Shown here: positions 42,068 through 53,491 of the stretch, in pieces
How positions within the stretch are numbered: position 1 is the first letter of the stretch
How the letters are laid out: each line of letters opens with the position of its first letter
Assembly (NCBI GenBank): GCA_051362555.1
Contig: CM120649.1
Location: forward strand, 19,978,567-20,042,566
Reading direction: 5' to 3'
Length of the DNA: 64,000 bases
DNA from: Lingula anatina
Lineage: Eukaryota > Animalia > Brachiopoda
The notes under the pieces: model-generated
Told to the model about the DNA's origin: nothing
Database searches by the model: none
The model's input: the letters and a program-made list of their open reading frames with translations, nothing else
Made by a program: the position numbers and the translations under genes

Positions 42068-45000
42068 ATGAATACTGCAGTTCTGTTCATCGGTAAGTAT
42101 ACGGCCTTAGGTCTTTTTTAGCAAAATGGATCAAAAATAATCAGAACATTTTTTTTTAATAAATACTGAATATATCAAAACAGAACGTTTTTTTCCCAAA
42201 AATTTCTTTAATTGCAGCTGCCTGTGCAGTCGCTGTCTGCACGTGTGAGGATGACGCACATTCTCGCGAGAAGAGAAATGCCTTTCAGTTTGGCATTATG
42301 ATCACTAGTCGCACAGGAAGATCTGCCCTGGATTATAACCGTTATGGTTGTTGGTGTGGTCTGGGGGGAAGAGGTACACCTAAAGATGGAGTGGACAGGT
42401 GAGAGAGAGAGAGAGGGGGGGGGGGATGAGAAATTGTCTGTTCGTCAGCGTGTAAAAAGAACAAACGTGGTAAGAAACAATCTAATTGCTTTCATGGTAC
42501 ATAAGACCATTCAAATGATAAAGAGTATCTTCTAATTGATCAGTAAGACTTGACTGCTTCATATTTGGAAATAGGTGTAAAGGACTTTATCTGAGATCGC
42601 ATACACTTTCCTAGGTTAAATTACTTAGAAGTAGATTATCTTAGAAGTAGATTTATGTTTTGTACTAAAATACAACGGTTCATCGACCAGTACTTTCATT
42701 ACAGATGCTGCCAGCTTCATGACCGCTGTTACGATAGACTTATCAACACTGGATGTCGTAATCCAATGTTGAACGCCTACAGCTTCACTGCAAGCGGAGG
42801 AATCGTTTGCAGTAAGTTCTAGTCACATCTCATAGTAGGAACTTACTTCTAACCAAGGAGTTATAACAGAAGGAGATTACACGCAAACCTCTCTATTGTC
42901 CGATGTCTGTTACGGTGGGCGGAGCTAGCTACGGGGGGCCTCCGGTTTCAAGGTTTCGTCTGGGTCGCTCTCCTCCTCAGTAGTGTCAAAGCGGCGCTGT
43001 ATGCTGACGATTTTTTTCACAGGTAGTTATTTGGACGATGTGCTGGGAGGAAACGATATCATAGAAAGCGATTATAAGGTGGTGACTGAGGATGGTCGCC
43101 ATGAGTTTTTTGAGTCAGTGATAGAAGGCTTTTCTTTTGCATAACACAGTAAAAAATCACCAAGGATAAGTCAAAAGAAAACGTCCCAACTGTGGTTTGT
43201 GAAAATGACATTCAAGTGAACGTCTGTCCTCACTGCCAAAGAACGTAATATTAATACATAAACGTTTGGACATTCCTGCCTTTGGGTCCCATAAACATAT
43301 ACATTGAGACAGTGCCTAAGCTTTGTGACTGGTTTTAAATTTTTTAAGTATTTTTTTCTCTCACTCAGTATAATTTTAATATTATAATGCATTAAAGTGA
43401 AAATTTAATCAAAGGTTGAGGCAATGCCACGACATGTCAGTTAACTAAATACTCATTATAAATTTCTTTATCTTGGAAATCTCCCTTTTTTTCAGGATTA
43501 TTTTGACACATACTAACACTTCATATTTGTCGGTAAACAAGTACACAGTGCTAAACATTAAGAATAATTTTTATTCATTCATAAATATATTTATGTACAA
43601 AATATATCAGAAATTTTAGTATTAACTGAGCTCTTTAAAGTGAAACAAATAGAGATGAGAATTTTGAATTTCAAACTATTATTTACTATATTAACTTAAA
43701 ATATCTTTTAAGTCAACTCTTTACTCAAGCATCATGATAGTAGCGTCTGTGAGTAAAACCATTTTATTATATCAATAGAAGAACAAAAACAAAATTTTAC
43801 ACATAAGCAGTAATTAATGAAGTCATAAGAATGATTAAGTTGCTATAGTTTTCCAGTTTTATGCAGTCTTTGTTGGCATTTTTTTCAACCGTGCAAATAG
43901 AAATAATTATATTCTTTTTTATCTGATTTGCTGATACCAGTCTGTGCCAGATACTTTTCCACTTACAGGCCAGCAAGGTCTGAGAATCTAATGGTCTGAA
44001 TGAAAAAAAACCCTAGAAGATAAAGTGGCTGATTCTTACAAATAGGATAAAAAACATGGGATTTTCAAAAGGTTATTATAAATCAAGACAACACTGAGTA
44101 AGAACATTTATAAAATGAACTGGAGTACATGTTACAGCTGAAAAAATTAACTGGGCCAGTAAGTGACTGCTTTAAAGAAATTTCACTGAAACAGTCCAAA
44201 TTTTACTGGCAATCAAGTAGACTGTTATACCATGGCACTCAACAAATTATATAGGTTTTGAATTTTTTCCACGTGACAGTAACATAAAATTTATGTCAAC
44301 TTTTGAAATGTATAGAGTCAGTTAGGTGACTGAAAATATTTTAAAATGTCATGAAGGAGCACTATTAATTTAATGCAATTTCTGTTGGCCAGTCTTATCC
44401 AGTTTCTTCTCCAAAAAGGACAACTCATGTGAGAATTTCTTCAGGGCTTTTTCTTCTGCCTGCCAATGCCATGCCACTCAGAAAAGAGAGAAACCTGTAG
44501 GTTAGAAAAAAAACATAATAATAGCATTATGAACTACTAGTATCCATGTAGACATTATGGAATTACGCAGTGAAGTTTAATGTGTCTTGTTATGACTTGA
44601 CTGAAATAATGTTCACCACATAAATGAACAATTTACAACTAAATTTATATAGAATATCAAGATTCATGATCACAAGCTAATAACCCCAAGAAATTGAAAG
44701 AAATTGTACTTATTACAAGAAATTATTTAAATCCGCCCTGGTTCCTACCCTTCTGACAGGACAAAAAGGGGATTTCAGAGAGGCTGGTTGCTAAAAGGAA
44801 AATGCCCAAGGTTGTTGTATTTTGAAAAAAAAAATTGAAAAAGGGTACTGTTGTTAGTGAATGTTTAATGCATCGTAGGCATTATGACAATAGTAACTTA
44901 CCCCAGACACGCTGACCTCCTTTTTTCATTGACATTTTTTATTTTTTTCCAGCCTGACCATAATTCATATATTCAATGCAGCCTTCTCCCATATCTATAA

Positions 45001-47279
45001 TAGAAGAAAAAAAAACTTGAGTAGTGTTAAGATAAGCATGTAAAATTCATTATCATTATCAGAGAGAATTTCTGTTTCAGCACTGCAAGATGAAATATTT
45101 ACTTTCAAGTAATGAATAAACCTTAATAGAGTTCTATTCTTTTGTAACCACCAAGGCAAAGCTTCTTTCTTAAAATGAATTGAAACATCCAAGCTTGCCA
45201 CCTAACATGCCAAAGTAGTGAAGTATAATTAAAGTAGAGAAGCAAGTACCCCTTAATTATAGAGGTGTCTTACACAATAAGGTGTGTCTTACACACCTTG
45301 ACTCAAAGGGAGATGTGTAGTGAGATAACAGGTAAAGTAATTGGTGGAGCCTAGGTGAACTTATAACCTTAAGACTTTAAATTAAGAAGCACCAGGATTC
45401 ATGTGTGTTCTTTTTTTCAAAGGTTTAATATGAATTAAAACATATTTATGTAAAAAGAAGACTAAATAAGTTTAAAATAACTATACCAAAGACACTGTGA
45501 AGTCAAACTTCCCGTTAGACCGCCATGATGGAAAATGCTGGGTGGAGGCAAAACTTTTCCAGTCAAAATAATTGAGCACCTTACTTTAACAACAAAGTTG
45601 CCACTCCAAAGCCACCCACCATGGTGAGAAGAAAAATGATGACCAACTGTCATGATAAGTCTTTTTAGTTTTAAACACGAAAAAGGTAAAGGCAAAAATG
45701 GTACATTTACCCATAACACTAAAGTAAAAAATTGGTATTCTGAACAAAACAGGTTATTTTTTTCAGGAAATATTGGAGCAATACCAATGCAATATATACC
45801 AAGCCATGACCAAGATGTTCCAGAATCTAAACACACCAAAATCTTTTATAATCACGCATTTGAAAAGTGCAAAAAACGTTCAGGCTTTTGGCCGTAACAA
45901 GCGTAACACTTTTTGATCTGGACTCGTGAAAATTGTCCCTTGTCGTATTCGAGCTAGAACACATGTAAAATCGAAAAAACCAACAATACTGCTCAAGAAA
46001 ATGTCTTGCACACACACCAATTAGTTAAATTTTATGACTGTCATGTGACAGAAATATCAAAAAGTAGGAGGAAAATGTCTTTTGGAGTTATTTTTTTTCG
46101 AAACATAAACAAGATGGCGGCTTATGCATCTGCTTGTTATTCGGCTACTGAAAGTGCACCCAAGTTTTATTCTATGCTATGGCCACAAATAACTAAACAA
46201 TTGCAACTGTATAAAGAACAAACTTTCTTCATCTGATACTATATTTATAAGCACTTGTTATGAGTGGGAAATATTTTTCGTGCAATATTTATTCTCCACA
46301 CACCACCTCGCGAGATCGACGTGAAGCTGGACACTTACACAGTGAGACCCCACGGCATAAAAGTTGCAATTTATCTTCATTTTCGAGTAGTTATGCATTT
46401 AAAAGCACTTACCTGTTTTTTTGATAACCTTATCCAACGTTATATCCTCTGCACTCTGTAATTCTCTCATTTTAAGATACTTTTGACTGCGTTTCTGTTT
46501 GTGCCCTCTCCAAACGACAGACGAAGGCACCTATTCTTACAAACGAGATTTAAACGAGAGTAACAGAAAGCGTAACAGAGATAGGAACCCATTGTTCACT
46601 GGGTTCTATTCATTCCGACCAATGAGAGACCGTAATACGGGCTCCGCCCCCACGCGTGTAATCTCCTCCTGTTATAACTCCTTGTTCTAACCAAACACAG
46701 AATAATAGATCTGATTGATTACGATATATCGCGTGAGAACACGGGATCACTAGATGACGTAGATTTATAAATTGTGGGACGTACACGTGACGCTAGCATG
46801 GCGTGGTAGTAGCAGTTCTACCATCTGAAATGGTCCCAACAGATCAGGAAGTCGCGTTTACAAAGAACGTAAGAGGCAGCTAGCTCGGGTTTTTTTTTTT
46901 AGTGTTACCTCTGCCCATAGTATAGCACATGACAATGGATTTTCCTCTCAGTGATGGTAAAACCCTACTTAGTTATGCCAACTTCAGATACTGTGGATCA
47001 GTCGTTCGGAGAAAGTTCTTGGCGAACCAAGTGAACGCAATGGCTGTCCAAATTTACCAGTCAAGGCTAAAACCAAAATCTTAATTCATTTATATACACA
47101 CCTAAGTAAACAAGGAATTGTTTTAATGCTACAAATGTGCTTATTCATTTTCAATTACAGATCGCAGTAGAAATGACCGCTGTGAACAGGGAAGCTGTGA
47201 CTGTGACAGAATAGCGGCATCTTGCTTCGCCGGGAACCGGTATAACAGTGTGTACAAGAACTGGAGAGGAAGCTGTTAG
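42068..47279 (+). CDS. Secreted phospholipase A2, copy E (intact ORF, duplicate of B, 3.8-kb TE in intron 3)
   Basis: Exons 42068-42092, 42218-42398, 42705-42811, 47161-47279. CCQLHDRCY and CDCD present; AATAAA at 47567. Confidence 0.92.
42854..46684. mobile_element. P-element-like DNA transposon, 3831 bp, probably non-autonomous
   Basis: 31-bp TIRs (CAAGGAGTTATAACAG(A/G)AGGAGATTACACGC, one mismatch) and a 7-bp TSD TTCTAAC at 42847-42853 and 46685-46691. The empty site is visible in copy B (~31227). No intact transposase ORF. Confidence 0.85.
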
Positions 47280-48119
47280 ATGATTGGCCACGTCTGTCGT
47301 CTGCAGTTCAAATGTTAAATCAGGCATTTAACAAAAAGATTTTATATCAGACGTCTATTAAGAGACCTATCCCAAATATGTACCTTTCAAATTTAATAAT
47401 ATTTAAAGCAGAAATTATAATATGGACAGTAACATAGACACATATTGAAATTGATTATTTTTAGCATACCAGTTTGAAATTGTCAAGTTTGCAGCTATGT
47501 ACTTTTGAAAAATACCCAAAGAAAAGGAATTACTTAAAAAATCTGATGAAATCATGTTGCAATTTTAATAAACTGCAACTTGTTTTTACTGTTTTTATGA
47601 CTTGTTATAGTCAATAGACCGGTAGTCCAAACAAAGCAAAAACCAAATGCCGTGAGCGGGGATGGCTGGGAGGAGGGTGGAGGGGGGAGGTTCCAATGCA
47701 ATAAAAAATAATCATTATTAAATATTCATAATTATGCATATAAATAAATAAATAAATTATTAATAAATATAAGTTCATGTATTATTTATATTTTTTTTTA
47801 CTTTTTATATTATAAGCAATAGGATTTCTCATATGACAGGTTGATCACAAGTTATAGGACACCGTCTATATTTATATATGAGCTGGAATCCTTAGAATCC
47901 CACGATCACCCCCTCAGCGATTTTTAAAGTGAAGATATCAATATAAAAAAAAAAATGAAATAAACTTACAGTGTGCAAGATTAAATTAAATATTTTGACA
48001 TTTTGTGTATACCTACGCTCTAAGTATGAAAAAATTAATCTATGAAAACCAACGATAACAACAGACTGAGCTGAGAGGGTCCCACGGGGTATTTTCGTTA
48101 CCCGTTAAAGCCACTTTTT

Positions 48120-48150
<31 letters not shown>

Positions 48151-48329
48151 TCTCTAATCTTAGCTCTAAGGCACATGTTAAGTACCAACCTACATCTGAC
48201 CTACCTGAGGTTGATTTTTCCAGGTAAGGACAGAGCAACGCCTCTTGGGGACTAAATTAAGTCCAAGGACCATATTTGATGTGAAGACTAGATAACAGCT
48301 AAAACAGACATCTACGGATGCATGAGTCT

Positions 48330-48629
48330 GGTTTGTTTATGTTAACTGAACTCGTCACGATTTTGCCCTGGGAGTAACTGAAACATAAAGAATTATCTAG
48401 TGTGTTTTCAAGGAAACCATTCTAAGAAAATAGTCAAGTTTGTCACATTACCAAGATTAAGGTAAATATAGACACAGAACAATGGGACGTATGGGAGTGT
48501 AGAGATTAATCAGAGTGATGAAGATGTCGCCTTTGTTTATCTTTCACCTACTCGGGTCTATATAATCTTCTCGGTGGTTTGCCTGCTCAGCTGGCGCAGC
48601 TTTCTACCTACCTACTGGCACGGACACAG
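48330..48629 (+). promoter_or_regulatory. Conserved sPLA2 promoter module plus non-coding exon 1 (copies C, F, H, I)
   Basis: (G)TAAATATAG(A/G)CACAGAACAATGG...TGTAGAGAT, then a TATA-like element, CTGGCGCA and a GTAAAT donor. Recurs at ~33700-33885, ~56170-56337 (diverged) and ~61530-61700; a partial extra copy lies at ~55610-55780. Confidence 0.6.
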
Positions 48630-49008
48630 GTAAATAATGCTCCCTCCCTCTCTCTCTCTCTCTCTTCTCTCTCTCAGTTATTTATTTGTAGTATATGTAT
48701 TTGTAGTCCAAGATATTATTAGGTGTGCTGATGGCGGAAATCAATCACCATGTCGCCATCTCTATTAAAAAAGTGATAAGGTAAACGTGAAATATTGGTA
48801 CCTATACTATCAGTTTCTTTGGTGTGTCCTTGATAAATAAAAACTTACAGACTTCTTTCAACAGATGTTTAGGAATTTTCTGAGGGCCAAACTATTTGTT
48901 TATTTTAAATTTTAATACAGCCTTAATTTATTGTATGTTTTCAGATACACCCGGGCAGCATTTTGTTGTAGCTTAGAAGAGTTAAAAGTGGACGGGCACT
49001 GAAGAACG

Positions 49009-52000
49009 ATGAAGACGTCCCTGATCTTGTTTATTGCGGGTAAGTTAATTTTATATTAAACAAATAGTTTCCTATTAACGGGGTAATACGAATAGTTGAG
49101 GAATAAAGTCATATGATCCATGTCGGACACAATACGGCACATTTTATGGACATATGCAGATACATTGTGTATGAAGAAGTATCCTTCATGTGCATTACCT
49201 GCATCTGCCGTTGCCGCTACAGGCAGTTGTCTGATACCTTTACTTGTTAACCTTTTAAAAGAATATTCCAGTTTTTTTTTTCACACTTACAGGAATTATT
49301 CGGAATAAACAATTTTTGACTTTGGATAAGATAACCTCGAGGCTATATTTGATGCGAAGCTGGGATATTTGACAGTTTTCTGTCTAAAATATTTTTTACT
49401 ACGTTGTGTTTAACAAATATTTCTAAAGGCCGCTCACCATTTACATTAGAAGCTTTTCAACATCAACTACTTTTTGCTTCCTCGGAAGCCGCCTAAACTC
49501 AAAGTTAGTCAGCAAAGCTCAGCTAATACTCGATAATTGAGAGCATAATCAACAAAATTTTTCTTTTTTCAAGACATTGTGTTTTAAACGAAATTTAGTG
49601 AATTAAAATAAATAAATGTGTTCCCTTTTTTACATATTTAATAAAAACAAAACGGAATAAAAGCAGTTTTTCAAACATAAACTTTTATAAAACATTGTAC
49701 CCACTTCAGGTAAAAATGCCATTTTTTCAACTATGAATGTCTCTACTCAGGCCATGCGGTTAGAAAAGTGGAGAGTCCAATTTGCTATACTTCATGCACT
49801 AATAGCTATCATCAAATTATTTAGCTCCTAATCGTTACTTTTTTAATTGCAGCTGCATACGCAGTCACCGCCTGCATGTGCGAGGATAACGTGCATTCTC
49901 GCGAGAAGAGAAATGCTTTTCAGTTCCGCAAAATGATAAAGGATCGCACTGTTATATAGCCGTTATGGTTGTTGGTGTGGTGTGGGAGGGAGAGGAAAAC
50001 CAAAGGACGGAGTAGACAGGTGAATATATATGATGAAAATATTATATTAATTTTAGAATAAGGAGTTCCTCACTTTGCAAGAAATATAGCGCAGTCTCTG
50101 ACTGATCAGTATTTTATTATTAGACTGCTTCGTATTTGACTTATAATAACTTGGTGTATCAGTAAGAACAAAAAGGAGAACAATTAGATTCATAGTAATT
50201 CGTTTTGCCGTCAAATAAAAGCTTTGTTAAACGCGTTTTGATGAGTCCATGGAAAGTTTCCAAGCAAACCAATAGAAGGTTCCATCTAGAGATGGAACAG
50301 CAATTACGGTCTTTCTAAAATATCTAAACACCATACGTTCAGTAATGTTTGCAAGTATGATTACCCGGAACGTATGGACGAATACGTTTATAACTTAAAC
50401 AATTCAGGAAAAAATAGTCCCAAGCGTAAGTGCGAAGAGTAGCAAGCTGGGCTCGATCTCCACTTTTTAACCACGTATGTCACAAACACAAGAAGCAGGT
50501 ATTGGGGGGGGGGGGGTAGTTTTTTCCTGAATGAGCAACCCCCCCCCCCCCCACACACACACTTAACATGGGCTTCCAACGTATACGCACCTATTTAATG
50601 GCTGACAGCGGGGTTTTGCAGTCCAAGTCAACCCCAAAACTTTTATATTCTTGTGCAACAGGCTGAAGAGCCATTGGTGACTATTTGGAAACAACAGATT
50701 TTTGCGTGGGGCTAAAGCATGTCCCTTGTTTGTTTGCGTCGTGCAATATGGACATAACACTGCTTGAAATGCACTAAACAATATATTTTACAATACACAT
50801 TGAACAATACGTATTATTACAGATGCTGCCGCTCCCATGACTACTGCTACGATAGACTTAGAGACAATGGTTGTTACCCAGTGATTAGCAAATACACCTA
50901 CAGTCTGAGCAGTGGAATTGTTTGTGGTAAGTTCCATACCTGGTTAAAATCTTGATTTAAATCTCTCATAAGTTATTGTCTTGTCTACTTGTATTGTACT
51001 CTTTTGTGTTGTGTCATATTTTGTTGTATTGTATTGTGTTGTTGTTTTTTATGTTGTAATGTTGTATATATTGTGTTGTATTATACTGTGTTGCATTAAT
51101 GTGTACTGTATCGTATTGTATTACATTGCGTGGTATTGCATTGAGTCGCGTTGTGTCGCATTGTATGGTATTATGTCGTATTGTATTGCCTTGTCTTGTA
51201 TTAAATTATATTGTTTTTTTTATTGTTGAACAGTTTCATTAGAAAAGTCCGTGTTGGAAATGACCATAAAGTTTCATTTGTCAATAGCTTTAAAAATATT
51301 AAGTGACATTTACCAGCCAAAATTTCATCTGCTGACAGTCAGATTCATCAGGGAAATGAAATCCGTGATAGGTATTACCACCTGTCACCCCTCAGGTGTG
51401 CTGTTTAGTCAGGTGCCCCCTCCTCTTATAATGTGTTGTGTTAAATAGTATTGTATTGTGTTGTATCGATTGTACTGGGGTATTGATCTGAGTTATATTG
51501 CACTGTTCGGTTCTGTTTTTTTGTATTGTGTTTTACTGTCTGGTTTTGAATATTGCAGTGTTTTGTATTTTGTTGCGTTGTGTCCTGTTGTTTTGTATTG
51601 TATTGTTTTGTGTTGTACTGTATAGTATTGTTTATATAGTTTACCTAGAAAAATACATCTCTATACTGGCAAGAATATTTTGACGGGGAATACATATATA
51701 TAACGCTTACAGAGAAAAATGCGTTTTTTATCCTTTAATGTTATGCTTCACAGATAATGTGAAATTCATCTTACCTCGTTTATTTTTGTAGCTGTTAACT
51801 TTGCTCATAGCTTATATTTGAATTTGAGGCAATAATTACCCATATAGGTATGTCATTAGATTTCATTGTGGGCCAGTCGAGCCAAAGTCCTATAACACTT
51901 CAACCAATATTGCAAAATCACCTGTACGAAATATGCTATTAGGGGTATAACCTAAGAAAACCCTAAGACGTTTTAACTTTTAGACACAGGCTCTGGTACT

Positions 52001-52177
52001 TACCAGGGGATTGCCATAGACTCGGGCTGTACTCTTTTATTTTCAATTGCAGATAGCAGTGAAAATAACAGCTGTCAACAGGGGGCATGTGAATGCGACA
52101 GAACAGCGGCGTATTGCTTCGCTAGCAACACCTTTCACAAGAAATACATCAGCTGGCCTAATTTCCTCTGTAGATGA
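49009..52177 (+). pseudogene. sPLA2 copy F: frameshifted pseudogene
   Basis: Exons 49009-49039, 49853-50019, 50823-50926, 52053-52177. Exon 2 is 167 nt against 181 nt in B/E/H (14-nt deletion), giving an in-frame TAG at 49957-49959. Exons 3-4 are open with HD and CECD intact. Confidence 0.88.
50980..51640. repeat. Degenerate (TATTG/TGTTG)n pentamer tracts in intron 3 of F; shorter tract in intron 3 of H (60062-60108)
   Basis: Read directly from the sequence. Confidence 0.8.
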
Positions 52178-53138
52178 TTGCCCAACACTCGTCGGCAGAT
52201 CAGTATATAACCGGACCGGACTAGCATAGACCACCATTGAAAGTCTCATTCATATTTGAAATATCAATGTAAACGTAAAATAGATCTAATTTTAATTCAC
52301 ACTTTTTGACATATCCTTTGAAAATATAATGCTTGCAATTTGAAATAGGGAAACGAAGTAAACAGAGAAAAGAAACTACTTGAGAATTTCTGTTATATTG
52401 CGAATATATTTAAATAAAGTGTTCTGATCAACTTGTTTGCCGTGATTGAGGAGTCGAGAATTTTAGAATTTCCCCATGCAGTTATGCAGAATCACAAAAG
52501 TAAATAGTAAGATGCAGCTCATAAATAGTAGGCCTATAACACTGCAGTAGTCCTCAAAAAGTTGCAATATCCGAAGTAAAGATGTATAGCAAACGAGAAT
52601 ATACATGTAGTTGTTTAAGTTTATGATACCACACAGGGGATATGCTTTACTAAAATGTTATTACATCGATATATTTCATTTTTCACTGCTGATAGAAAAC
52701 ACATAAATCAACAACGTAGTGTTCTTCAAAAATATTCTTTAAAAATCATCATTTAGTTGTACACATCGTTTTCAGTGTCATTCTACAGAATCAGTAGCTG
52801 GCCAATATTATGTGCAATGTAACGCTAAACTTGTGGCAAGTAATTCTGCTTTGGGATAGTTAATTCGTTGCTGGAGTCGTTCATTTATGCATGTGCTCCC
52901 AAATCAAAGACTCGTGTTAGAAAACGGCAATTATCGTTTATGAATCCTGTACGACCGAGTACTCGTTTACCTCCAAATCCGCAAAAAAACTCAGTAACTT
53001 GCCATGTGCTTTGATAAACGTATTTTAACTACCCCAATAGGTGGCAGTCAGTAAAGACACAGCTAAGTAAATGTTGTGCATTAGCAGCGCACTTTGACAA
53101 AGAGACTAATCTGAGTCAGCGCCGAGTTTCAATTCAAG

Positions 53139-53491
53139 ATGAATACTGGGATTTTATTCCTATTTATCGGTACGTTTACAACTTATAAACCACTGTTTTG
53201 GTCACTGGGTAGTTGCAGCGAAAAGAAAGAAGACCAAATTTTATGCACCGGCCGTATACTTTATGTATAAAAGTGTATTGTTTTGTACACATTTCTCTAT
53301 TTGCAGCTGCATGCACAATCATTGCCTGCATGTGTGGGAATGATGTGCTTTCTCGCAAGAAAAGAATTAAATTTCGTTCAGTTTGGGTTTATGATCGCGA
53401 ATCGCACAGGAAGATCTCCCCTGGATTATAACGGTTACGGCTGCTGGTGTGGTAAGGGAGGAAAGGGTTTACCCAAGGACGGAGTGGACAG
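53139..53491 (+). pseudogene. sPLA2 copy G: frameshifted and 3'-truncated remnant
   Basis: Exons 53139-53169 and 53307-53491. Exon 2 is 185 nt because of a 4-nt insertion right after RKKR. No exon 3 or 4 was found before the promoter of H. Confidence 0.85.

Larger units (their letters stand above)
36373..47610 (+). repeat. Segmental duplication, block 2 (D+E) with copy-specific TE insertions
   Basis: Matches block 1 except for insertions at 37972-38393, 41348-41572 and 42854-46684, and a shorter intron 2 in E (306 nt against 1083 nt in B). Confidence 0.92.

Noticed and set aside
36373-47610. Block 2 as a falsely duplicated allelic haplotype
   Set aside because: 14 amino-acid differences in B/E, several private TEs and a much more diverged C/F extension favour true paralogy. 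Not fully excluded without read depth or spanning long reads.
50981-51683. Hydrophobic Cys-rich ORFs
   Set aside because: Translations of (TATTG)n low-complexity intronic repeats.
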